A stretch of DNA of 64,000 nt from Candidatus Zhuqueibacterota bacterium (lineage in GTDB: Bacteria > Zhuqueibacterota > Zhuqueibacteria > Thermofontimicrobiales > Thiofontviventaceae), in NCBI GenBank assembly GCA_036351795.1, contig JAZBPW010000114.1, positions 647-64,646 of the forward strand. Reading direction: 5' to 3'. The position numbers were made by a program, and so were the translations under genes. Of this stretch, positions 18,281-26,868 are shown in pieces. Under the pieces are notes generated by a model. The model saw only the letters and a list, made by a program, of their open reading frames with translations, had not been told where the DNA came from and made no database searches. Each line of letters begins with the position of its first letter. The first letter of the stretch is position 1.

Positions 18281-19351
18281 ATGGGAAAAAGCACCGGATT
18301 AAAGCTCAAAATAGCTTTTGTGTACACCTCCAAAGGAGGTATACTTACAATGCTGAAGAAAAATGGCTTAATAGAATTATTCGATGAGGATGACGAACCT
18401 CCACCCGACCTTTTAGCTGAATGTGATTCTGACGAAACCATTCAAGCAATTAAAAACGTAATTCAAGAACGCTATACGGTGTTACCAGTAGAATCGGATG
18501 AGTACGCTTTCGATGTTCTTCGGGATTCAAAACCGGATCTGGTGTTCAATATCGCCGAACGTCTAACAGGCCCAAACCGCGAATCTCACATACCGACATT
18601 ATGCGAAATGCTGCATATTCCGTACACCGGTTCCGATCCTCTCACCCTTGGCATTTGTCTTGTCAAATCCCGTGCGAAAGAAATCTTATCCTACCATGGA
18701 ATCGCAAATCCCGAATTCCATGCTGTGGATAATACCGAAGGGATTCCACCAGACATTGAGCTTCCTGCCATTATCAAGCCACTTTACGAGGGATCCAGCA
18801 AAGGCATCAGGGACAATTCGGTAGTCCGTACACGTGAGGAGCTCAAAGAGCGTGTTAATGAGATCACTGCTATTTACCAGCAACCAGTTATCATTGAACA
18901 ATTTCTCAATGGCCGGGAATTCACAGTCGGCGTGCTCGGTAATTACCCGAATATTGAAATTTTACCAATTGTTGAAATCGATCATTCGAGCCTTCCTGAC
19001 AACGCCAATCCAATATATTCATATGAAGCGAAATGGATTTGGGACACAACTGACAAGCCGCTACGCATTTTCACATGTCCGGCAAAATTATCGAACAAAT
19101 TGCGTGATCAGATCGAAAAACTCGTTATCAGGACATGCCGGATACTTAATATCAAAGATTGGGCAAGGATCGATGTGCGGCTGGATGATAAAGGCACACC
19201 CAATATTATCGAAGTGAATCCTTTACCCGGCATTTTGCCAAGAGAAGAAGAAAATTCATGCCTGCCCAAAGCAGCCCGCACGGCGGGATATAGTTACTCT
19301 CAGCTGATTCATCGCGTGATCGATGAGACATTTCTTCGCTATGGTGGATGA
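18281..19351 (+). CDS. D-Ala-D-Ala-ligase-family ATP-grasp ligase, paralogue 1 (not the housekeeping Ddl)
   Basis: GGAGG (18270-18274) lies 6 nt before the ATG at 18281. Ddl-like blocks are KIAFVY.., RESHIPTLCEMLHIPYTGSDPL and ARIDVRLDDKGTPNIIEVNPLPG. Confidence 0.85.
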   Translation: MGKSTGLKLKIAFVYTSKGGILTMLKKNGLIELFDEDDEPPPDLLAECDSDETIQAIKNVIQERYTVLPVESDEYAFDVLRDSKPDLVFNIAERLTGPNRESHIPTLCEMLHIPYTGSDPLTLGICLVKSRAKEILSYHGIANPEFHAVDNTEGIPPDIELPAIIKPLYEGSSKGIRDNSVVRTREELKERVNEITAIYQQPVIIEQFLNGREFTVGVLGNYPNIEILPIVEIDHSSLPDNANPIYSYEAKWIWDTTDKPLRIFTCPAKLSNKLRDQIEKLVIRTCRILNIKDWARIDVRLDDKGTPNIIEVNPLPGILPREEENSCLPKAARTAGYSYSQLIHRVIDETFLRYGG

Positions 19352-19352
19352 A

Positions 19353-20366
19353 ATGCCTGATTCAGAAATACATGCAGGTATTGCCTACAATGTTCACGAA
19401 TCCCGGATAAGCGGTTCGGATGAATCGTTATCCGAGAGTTCAGTAGTTCAGGCAGCGCACGATGTATCGGGTGCTTTACGCAATGCCGGTTACAATCCAA
19501 CCCTCGTACCACTCAGGAAGAGTCTGCCCGGTTTCATGGATCGTCTGAAATCGCATGGTTTTGACATCATCATTAATCTGTGTGAAGGGTTCCGGGGAAA
19601 ACCACAGTGGGAGTTCACCATTGCAGGGCTATTTGAAATGGAAGGTATTCCTTTCACCGGCAACAAAGCAGATTCTCTTTTATTATGTCAGGATAAGTTC
19701 AAGACCAAGGCGATTCTTTCTGCTTCAGGACTATCAACACCTCCTTATATATTGATGTCGAATCCTGACCAGTCAATCGAACTTGCATTTCCGCTGATTG
19801 TGAAGCCAAACAATGAAGACGCGAGCCTTGGGATATATTCTGATTCGGTGGTGTGGAATAAAGATGCACTTCGCCGCCAAGCAGGGAAAATAATTCGGAA
19901 ATACAATCAGCCCGCACTCGTTGAATCATTCGTAAAAGGGCGCGAATTCAATGTCGCGGTGCGCGACCTGGGTACACCCCATACGCTGCCTATTTCCGAA
20001 ATCGATTTCTCTGATATGCCGGGCGATGTTCCCCATATCTGTGGATATGAGGCAAAATGGTTTGAAAATCACATATTATACAACGCTTCGAAGCCTGTCT
20101 GCCCCGCACGCGTACCAGCGTCACTTAGGAAAACGCTTCAGAAAGCCGCAATTGATGCATTCAGGGCCGTGGGATGTCGGGATTATGCCCGTGTCGATTT
20201 TCGCGTCGATGATGCAGGAGAAGCCTATATACTCGAGGTCAATCCGAATCCTGACATCAGCCTGAATGCCGGTTATGCGAGAGCGTTGGCTGCCGCGAGT
20301 ATTCGTTATGAAATATTCTGGCATGAGCTCATCCAGCACGCTCTGCAGCGAAAGTTAGATTTATGA
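19353..20366 (+). CDS. D-Ala-D-Ala-ligase-family ATP-grasp ligase, paralogue 2
   Basis: The frame is open from 19323. The ATG at 19353 sits 1 nt after the upstream TGA and is preceded by GGTGGA. Ddl-like blocks are GIPFTGNKADSLLLCQDK and ARVDFRVDDAGEAYILEVNPNPD. The start is ambiguous among 19323, 19341 and 19353. Confidence 0.8.
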   Translation: MPDSEIHAGIAYNVHESRISGSDESLSESSVVQAAHDVSGALRNAGYNPTLVPLRKSLPGFMDRLKSHGFDIIINLCEGFRGKPQWEFTIAGLFEMEGIPFTGNKADSLLLCQDKFKTKAILSASGLSTPPYILMSNPDQSIELAFPLIVKPNNEDASLGIYSDSVVWNKDALRRQAGKIIRKYNQPALVESFVKGREFNVAVRDLGTPHTLPISEIDFSDMPGDVPHICGYEAKWFENHILYNASKPVCPARVPASLRKTLQKAAIDAFRAVGCRDYARVDFRVDDAGEAYILEVNPNPDISLNAGYARALAAASIRYEIFWHELIQHALQRKLDL

Positions 20367-20833
20367 TACGTAAAATGAACAAAAACGATAAAGCGGCTGT
20401 GATGACTCTTATTCGTGAAACAGATGTTTTCACGCAACCCGAAGTGACTGTCGCCGAAGAGCTCATCGATCGATATCTCGATTCACCGAATCAAAAAGAT
20501 TATCTGATTGTGGTTATAGAAGAAAACAATACTGTCGCCGGCTATCTCTGCTACGGCCCGACTGACCTGACAGAAGGCACTTATGATCTCTACTGGATGG
20601 CAGTGCATCCTGATTTCCAGGGTCGTGGACTTGGGAAAAAGCTTGTGGAATGGCTGGTGAATGCGATTGAAAACGAAAATGGACGTCTCATCATCATTGA
20701 AACGTCATCTCAACATAAATACGAAGCAACCCGCCTCTTTTACGCGCGCTCGGGATGCGAAGAGGTCGCGAGAATCCCTGACTTTTACAAAGTCGGTGAT
20801 GACCGTGTCATTTATATAAAAAAAATCAAATAA
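20363..20833 (+). CDS. GNAT-family N-acetyltransferase
   Basis: ATGA start/stop overlap with the upstream gene. Acetyl-CoA motif FQGRGLGKKL. 156 aa. Confidence 0.85.
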   Translation: MIRKMNKNDKAAVMTLIRETDVFTQPEVTVAEELIDRYLDSPNQKDYLIVVIEENNTVAGYLCYGPTDLTEGTYDLYWMAVHPDFQGRGLGKKLVEWLVNAIENENGRLIIIETSSQHKYEATRLFYARSGCEEVARIPDFYKVGDDRVIYIKKIK

Positions 20834-20849
20834 GAGGTTAAAATCAATC

Positions 20850-21956
20850 ATGGAATCCTGGAAACATTTGCTCAGGGAGAGCCTGTCAAGCCCTGAAGCA
20901 ATTGCACATCGTTTTAATCTTCCACTGGAAGATGTTAGAAAAATAAACAGTAAATTTAAAATAAAAATTACACCCTATTACGCCAATCTAATCAAAGAGA
21001 AGGGTGATCCGTTATACAGACAGATGGTTCCCGATATCGCCGAACTGGACACGACGCATGGTAAACTAGATCCACTGGCAGAGGATAAAGATTCTCCCGT
21101 GCCGGGTATTGTCCATCGTTACCCGGATCGTGCTCTTTTTCTGGTTTCTGCTGAATGTGCCTCTTACTGCAGATTCTGTACGCGCAAACGGAAAGTCGGT
21201 AATCACGACAAAATTCGCGCTTCCGATATCGACACAGGGATAGAGTATATCCGAAACCATCATGAGATCCGTGACATTATTATCTCCGGAGGTGATCCAC
21301 TCATGCTGAGTGATGAACGCCTTGAATCAATATTGAAAAAACTTCGTGGCATTCCGCATATCGAAATACTGCGCATCGGCTCCAGAGTGCCTTGCGTTCT
21401 TCCTCAACGCGTAACGCCTGACTTGGTTGACATGTTGAAAAAATATCACCCTCTGTTCATGAACGTACATTTCAATCACCCGGACGAAATCACAGACGAA
21501 TCGAGCCGTGCCTTAAATTTGTTATCCGACGCGGGCATACCATTGGGTAACCAGTCGGTCTTATTGAAAGGCGTGAACGATGATCCCGAGACCATGAAAC
21601 GACTGATGCAAAAGCTGTTGAAGGCACGGGTCCGCCCATACTATATTTATCAGGCAGATATCGTTTTGGGCACTGAACATTTCCGTACAAGAGTCGAAAA
21701 GGGTCTTGAAATCATTAAAGCGATTCGTGGCTGGACATCCGGACTTGCCGTTCCTCAATTCGTTATCGACGCACCCGGGGGTGGCGGCAAGATACCGCTG
21801 CTCCCCGAGTATGTCCTTTTTATATCCGACAGCTGCGTCATGATGCGTAACTATGAAGGAAATGTATACACGTACTCGCAACCGTCCATTAGTAACGGAG
21901 ATGAGTACACGCCGGTACGTCAGGTTGATGAGATCGAGTTGTACGACTCCAACTGA
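20850..21956 (+). CDS. kamA: Lysine 2,3-aminomutase family radical-SAM/PLP enzyme
   Basis: CASYCRFC (CxxxCxxC) cluster, SGGDPL, and the PGGGGK PLP-lysine block. Both Asp residues that bind the lysine epsilon-amino group in Clostridium KamA are conserved (YQAD, VIDAPGGGGK). At 368 aa it is shorter than clostridial KamA. Confidence 0.88.
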   Translation: MESWKHLLRESLSSPEAIAHRFNLPLEDVRKINSKFKIKITPYYANLIKEKGDPLYRQMVPDIAELDTTHGKLDPLAEDKDSPVPGIVHRYPDRALFLVSAECASYCRFCTRKRKVGNHDKIRASDIDTGIEYIRNHHEIRDIIISGGDPLMLSDERLESILKKLRGIPHIEILRIGSRVPCVLPQRVTPDLVDMLKKYHPLFMNVHFNHPDEITDESSRALNLLSDAGIPLGNQSVLLKGVNDDPETMKRLMQKLLKARVRPYYIYQADIVLGTEHFRTRVEKGLEIIKAIRGWTSGLAVPQFVIDAPGGGGKIPLLPEYVLFISDSCVMMRNYEGNVYTYSQPSISNGDEYTPVRQVDEIELYDSN

Positions 21957-22257
21957 AACTTCTTCAAACCGAAATAGTATACTTTTCAAGTAATGTGTTT
22001 CCAATTACCTTTGGTTTGGCACTGGAATACAATACAGACATGAAATCGTTTGGACATTTATCGAGATCTCAGGTCTCGTTGGTGGAGATGATTCCAGGGG
22101 ACTCGGAGATGATTGGATATTTCCCTTTAGTCCGGCAGTCGCTGGTGGTTTTAATACAATTCTAACTTGCCCGGATACGCAATTCCACAACTGATACTTT
22201 TCAGCTGATCATTCTATTTTATATTGAGAATTTCTTGACACCGAGGAAAACACTGAC

Positions 22258-23178
22258 ATGAAACTTGACGATCTTGTAAAAAATCTATCCGATTATTCAG
22301 TAGTATTGGCTCCAGACATGAATTCACCCGAATGGTGGGCGGGAGCGCCATCCGCATGTCTTTCGGACGACGGTGGCATATATCTCGCAGCCCGTATGCG
22401 TGAGGGCGACTCTCCCCGGGGAATGCGTGGCTATGAGTTGCGCATCCTCAAGAGCAGCGACGGGCAACACTTCGATGCCATCCATCAAATTCACCGTGAA
22501 GATGCCGGCCTCTCAGGATTCGAAAGACCGGCTCTGGTGAAGGATCCTGTTTCAGGCATGTATCGTCTTTATGGCTGTACTGCAACGGAGACCGGATGGG
22601 CAATCCTGAAATTCAGAGATGAAAAGGATCCGGCAGATTTCGATGCCAAAAGCGCGAAGATCGTTCTTTCAGCCACCTCGATAAATGAGCCCTTCATCCA
22701 CATCGGTGGATATAAAGATCCGGTTCTTTACCATGACGGAGAGGAATGGCATATGTACGTCATCGCCTATGATGCACTCGAACGCATTCGTCATTTCAGC
22801 AGCCAGTATGGTTCCTCATGGCGCGCTTCTTCGGAAAACCCGGTGATGGAGAACAACGGCTGGCACAATTGCTACACGCGGCCCGCTGCCATATTGCCGG
22901 TTCCCGCCGGATACCTCTTCATTTATGAGGGATCCAATGTCAACTGGCGCGATCCGGCGTACAATATCGCCACCGGACTGGCATTTTCTCCTGATCTGAA
23001 TTCTGTTATCGATCTCACTCCACATCAACCGCTGCTGAAGAGCACAACCCCCGGAGATTATCATACCTGGCGCTATTCACAGTGGGTCTATTACAAAAAC
23101 AAGGTCTTTGTCTACTTCGAAGCGGCCCGGCCCAACAACAGCAATGAACTGAGGGTTGCTGTCATCGACATGCCTTAA
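22258..23178 (+). CDS. Hypothetical cytoplasmic protein, beta-propeller glycosidase-like
   Basis: 306 aa with no signal peptide. Blocks such as GGIYLAARMREGD and YRLYGC suggest a five-bladed-propeller-like fold. Function unknown. Confidence 0.55.
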   Translation: MKLDDLVKNLSDYSVVLAPDMNSPEWWAGAPSACLSDDGGIYLAARMREGDSPRGMRGYELRILKSSDGQHFDAIHQIHREDAGLSGFERPALVKDPVSGMYRLYGCTATETGWAILKFRDEKDPADFDAKSAKIVLSATSINEPFIHIGGYKDPVLYHDGEEWHMYVIAYDALERIRHFSSQYGSSWRASSENPVMENNGWHNCYTRPAAILPVPAGYLFIYEGSNVNWRDPAYNIATGLAFSPDLNSVIDLTPHQPLLKSTTPGDYHTWRYSQWVYYKNKVFVYFEAARPNNSNELRVAVIDMP

Positions 23179-23238
23179 CATCATCAAATTGACATGCAAT
23201 CTTTGTGGTTCCGAATCTTTTTCGATGATCCGCCGTAG

Positions 23239-24954
23239 ATGAAGTTGTCAGCACAAAGGATCATCATGAAACGACGCATAGTTGAACATTCCCTGCTCAT
23301 ACTATTAGCGCTGGTATTTACCATCGGCCTCACTTTCGCTTCTGTGGAACTTCCCAGGGTTTTCGATGCATATATCCATAACCAGTTCAGCTTCCCTGAT
23401 ATAGCGACGATATCGAGTCAACACATCGAACCGGATACTTACAATGAAAGCGCATTCAGGACAGAACTCTTTCTGAGACATTATCATTTTCGGGAAATCG
23501 GATATATCTGTCTGCTTCTCATAATCGCATTGATCATCGCAGGATTCGTCACAGAGAAGATCGGATACACAACCGCCGGCGCCGTCGCACTCTTTCTGCC
23601 TGTATTCGGTCATTTCGCCCTGACCATGTTCTTCCTTGGCGGTCTGGGTTTTCTCCGGCTGCTGTGGATGCCTTTACTGGATATATCAGAAAACCTGCTG
23701 CGACTGGGAGACATCATCGTATATCCCTACCAATGGATCCTGAACGGGGCATCCTTCATTGGTTTGAATATATGGCGGGAGTTACCCTACATCTTCATTG
23801 GTATCGGCTTCCTGCTGTTCACCATGGGGACATTGACTTGGTTTTACGGCAAGATTAAAAAACAACCCATCACAGACTTCTGGATCTATCGCTTTTCACG
23901 TCATCCGCAGTATCTTGGCTGGATCATCTGGAGTTATGGCGTTCTGTTTCTTCCCGGTTCGCGTATCAAAAAAATGTTCGAGATATCGAATACGCTGCCA
24001 TGGCTTCTGGCAACGATGGTCATCATCGGAGTCGCTCTTGTGGAAGAATTGAAACTGAAACGAACACACGGGAAATCGTATGCATTATATCAAAAAAGCG
24101 TCCCTTTTATTTTCCCGCTACCCGGCTTTGTTAAAAAGATATTCTCTTTGCCGACGCGTCTGCTTTTCAAAAAGTCGTTTCCCGGGGAAAAGCTGGAAAT
24201 AGTGGCAGTGCTGTGCATTTTCACCATAGTCATCATGGGGATGTCTTTCGCAAACACCAGAATATCCGAAATGCGACAGCATTCTCAAATACCGGACACT
24301 GAGTATGAAATCTCGGACTATGAATATCAATTCATCTACAATTCCGACCGAAGGACGAAGTATCATGCAGCCATGGCACTTGTGAACGCCGGAAAGCCGT
24401 CCGAGGAAATTTTCATTCGGCTACTGAAAAGTGAGGATGAAGTTGAGAGAGAATTTTCCGCCCAGGCATTGGGCAAATTGAAATCGAAAAAAGCGATACC
24501 TCCACTGACCGCCACTCTGCAGGATCCAAACTGGCGTGTACGCAATACAGCCATTGTCGCATTACAGGGAATCAATCCGGTGGCTGTAAAAACAGAGTTG
24601 ATCAGCGCATTCAATGATGAAAACGGCTCATGTCGTTATCATGCCGCAAGAGCACTTGAAAAGATCGGCACTGAAGATGTGATCGATGTTCTTGTTTCAG
24701 GTTTACAGGATGAGGCACAATATGTTCGCGTTGCCTGCGTCAATTCGCTGGCATTCATTTCATCGGCGAAAACCGTGCCCCCCCTAATCAGTGCGTTGAA
24801 TCAGGAATCCGCCGATGTCCGCCGCGCTGCGGTTCTGGCATTGATCCTCAAAGGATCAAAGGACGCAATAGCGTCATTACAGCTGCTTCATGACGATCCC
24901 GACTGGGAGGTGCGACTATACGCCGCGGAGGCGATCAAGATGCTACGACATTAA
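23239..24954 (+). CDS. Polytopic ICMT/PEMT-like methyltransferase fused to C-terminal HEAT (PBS-lyase-type) repeats
   Basis: YRFSRHPQYLGWIIW and VEELKLKRTHGKSYALYQKSVPFIFP match the isoprenylcysteine/phospholipid methyltransferase signature. The C-terminal ~200 aa carry repeated DxxWxVRxxAAxAL units. The start may be 23266. Confidence 0.7.
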   Translation: MKLSAQRIIMKRRIVEHSLLILLALVFTIGLTFASVELPRVFDAYIHNQFSFPDIATISSQHIEPDTYNESAFRTELFLRHYHFREIGYICLLLIIALIIAGFVTEKIGYTTAGAVALFLPVFGHFALTMFFLGGLGFLRLLWMPLLDISENLLRLGDIIVYPYQWILNGASFIGLNIWRELPYIFIGIGFLLFTMGTLTWFYGKIKKQPITDFWIYRFSRHPQYLGWIIWSYGVLFLPGSRIKKMFEISNTLPWLLATMVIIGVALVEELKLKRTHGKSYALYQKSVPFIFPLPGFVKKIFSLPTRLLFKKSFPGEKLEIVAVLCIFTIVIMGMSFANTRISEMRQHSQIPDTEYEISDYEYQFIYNSDRRTKYHAAMALVNAGKPSEEIFIRLLKSEDEVEREFSAQALGKLKSKKAIPPLTATLQDPNWRVRNTAIVALQGINPVAVKTELISAFNDENGSCRYHAARALEKIGTEDVIDVLVSGLQDEAQYVRVACVNSLAFISSAKTVPPLISALNQESADVRRAAVLALILKGSKDAIASLQLLHDDPDWEVRLYAAEAIKMLRH

Positions 24955-26342
24955 AATCTGTTCACCAGTTTGATTTCCAGTCCTTCGAATTCGGGCTCGT
25001 AGCGACAGATTCCGCCCATGCAGACGAAGCCGGCCTGTCTCGACCCATATAACAACTCGATTTGATGCTTCGCACCGAATTGCAGCGTGAGACTACCGTA
25101 AATCCAGTAATTCCTGTCCAGACTGATGTTCTTCAGCTGATCCTGATTGGTATATTCCCCGACAAGCGCGATGCTATACCATGGTGAGCGCGAATATTCG
25201 ATCTGCAGGAGATCATCATCATATTCACTGCTATTAAACCGGTTCGTAATGTGCTGGTGCTGATAACCCAAATGCAGCTGTTCCCGTTCACTCAATGTGT
25301 ATAGAATATCGATCAGCGGCGTAATACTTTTTGTATTTGTGGTAAGGTCAAAAGTCCAGGAACCCGCGGATCTAACATCGAGATTGTCGCTGACATAGTG
25401 ATGCACTTCACCATAGTATTCGCGAAAGAGCCTCACACCTGCGTGGTTCACCGTCTCGCTGTGATTCAGCGTGAATTCCCATGTGAGACCGGGATAGTAA
25501 TTCAATTCTATCTGGTAGCCTTTTTCATCATCCATATTGAGCGCGTGGGGGTGACGGTTCAGCAATGTGTAAGAGTGTTCTCTCGATAGTGAGGGAGCTG
25601 CATTGTATTCGGTTCCAAATGAATTTCTGAATGCGAGATGATGATAGTCTTTATATTCAAACGTCAGCGCAAAAGGGCCGGCTGCGGCGTTCATAGCAAA
25701 ATAAGAGCTGATTTGATCCGTCCACTGCGGTTTGGCGACCTCCACAACCATATCGCCCAGAGAGTGATACAGGTTCAAGCGTGATGACCATATCCGGTTT
25801 TCATCATCTTGCTGAAGATAACTCCCTCCTATCTTAAGGGATTCCAACAGATTCACTTCGCCATCGATACCGTATACAGCATCCTCTCTGCGATTATATT
25901 TATCGCGCATTTTCCCGGCGATACCAGTCACCTGATACCCTGATCCGGAGACTCTCAGCCTGGCGCCTCTTAGATTATTATCCACACGCAGATTTCTGTC
26001 TTCATAGGTCCGCAGCACCAAACCACGACCGAACATCGTATAGTAGTCGCCTGCAGTGAATGTAACCACACCATGAGTCAGTTCAGCATAGCCGTAGGTG
26101 AGATCATACTCTTTCAGGAGATCCTCCTGCGGATAAATATACGGATCAGGCGGATGATTGATTTCGTATCGCAGACCGATCTGGTACTGATCTCTCTGCA
26201 CGCTCACATCACTCCAGTTCTCCAGTATATCCCTGTCCCCCTCATCCCAATGCGTAAACTCAAATTGGTTTCTCACCGTCACCTGAGCATGCACCATTAC
26301 TGTAGAAAGGGCGAGGAAAAGGATAGATGCAATAATCTTCAT
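24951..26342 (-). CDS. Outer-membrane beta-barrel protein (DUF6029-like)
   Basis: ATG at 26342 forms an ATGA overlap with the tlpA-like stop. Signal peptide MKIIASILFLALSTVMVHAQ, alternating beta-strand pattern, and a C-terminal ...IKLVNRF ending in an aromatic residue. Confidence 0.7.
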   Translation of the reverse strand: MKIIASILFLALSTVMVHAQVTVRNQFEFTHWDEGDRDILENWSDVSVQRDQYQIGLRYEINHPPDPYIYPQEDLLKEYDLTYGYAELTHGVVTFTAGDYYTMFGRGLVLRTYEDRNLRVDNNLRGARLRVSGSGYQVTGIAGKMRDKYNRREDAVYGIDGEVNLLESLKIGGSYLQQDDENRIWSSRLNLYHSLGDMVVEVAKPQWTDQISSYFAMNAAAGPFALTFEYKDYHHLAFRNSFGTEYNAAPSLSREHSYTLLNRHPHALNMDDEKGYQIELNYYPGLTWEFTLNHSETVNHAGVRLFREYYGEVHHYVSDNLDVRSAGSWTFDLTTNTKSITPLIDILYTLSEREQLHLGYQHQHITNRFNSSEYDDDLLQIEYSRSPWYSIALVGEYTNQDQLKNISLDRNYWIYGSLTLQFGAKHQIELLYGSRQAGFVCMGGICRYEPEFEGLEIKLVNRF

Positions 26343-26845
26343 TCCGTCACATCTCCGGATGTGACCGGTCGGTTGTCCCACATTTTCATTAATGCCTTCT
26401 CAAGTTCGACTTCGTCTCCCAACCGGTAACCACGGTGTGTATAGATCACCTTTCCGGAGCGATCAAGAAGTAACGTGTGTGGTACAGACTTGATCAGCAG
26501 TTTCGTCGTGACTTCGCCCTTCAGGTCCATCAGGTAGGTAAAGTCATATTTCTGCATTCTTGCAAAGGATTTCACTTTAGCCTGACTGCGCGGTGAATCC
26601 GTTGAAACAGCGAGAACCTGGATATCTTTATCCTTAAATTTTTCAATCAACTTTTGAACTGCGGGAAACTCCTTCTTGCATGGCAGACACCATGTCGCCC
26701 AGAAAAGGACAACTGTGGCGTCATGATCCAGATTTTTATTCATGTTGAATTTCTTACCATTCAATGTATGCAGCTCGATTTTTGAAAGATCCTGTCCGGC
26801 AGCAAAAACCGGAATCAACAACAGCAGGATGATCAGTCTTTTCAT
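26339..26845 (-). CDS. TlpA-family periplasmic thiol:disulfide oxidoreductase
   Basis: Signal peptide plus FWATWCLPCKKEFP, a thioredoxin-type WCxxC motif. 168 aa. Confidence 0.85.
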   Translation of the reverse strand: MKRLIILLLLIPVFAAGQDLSKIELHTLNGKKFNMNKNLDHDATVVLFWATWCLPCKKEFPAVQKLIEKFKDKDIQVLAVSTDSPRSQAKVKSFARMQKYDFTYLMDLKGEVTTKLLIKSVPHTLLLDRSGKVIYTHRGYRLGDEVELEKALMKMWDNRPVTSGDVTE

Positions 26846-26868
26846 GAATCATTTTCTCCGGTTATTCG

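Noticed and set aside
18281-20366. Calling the two ATP-grasp genes the housekeeping D-Ala-D-Ala ligase
   Set aside because: A canonical ddl with all typical blocks is present at 61504-62607. The two paralogues have divergent N-terminal and omega-loop regions and are operonic with a GNAT and a KamA-family gene.
20850-21956. Glutamate 2,3-aminomutase (beta-glutamate osmolyte) as the identity of the radical-SAM gene
   Set aside because: Both lysine-binding Asp positions of KamA are retained (YQAD, VIDAPGGGGK). Glutamate aminomutases carry Lys/Asn there.
21957-22257. 300-bp gap after the KamA gene: possible ncRNA, a 61-aa minus-strand ORF (22005-22190), a TGGCAC-containing sigma-54-like site at ~22016, and a short tandem GGAGATGATT x2
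   Set aside because: The sigma-54 -12 element is absent (TGGCACtggaaTACA). No convincing helices, terminator or known RNA motifs were seen. The ORF has no start context. It is left unannotated.
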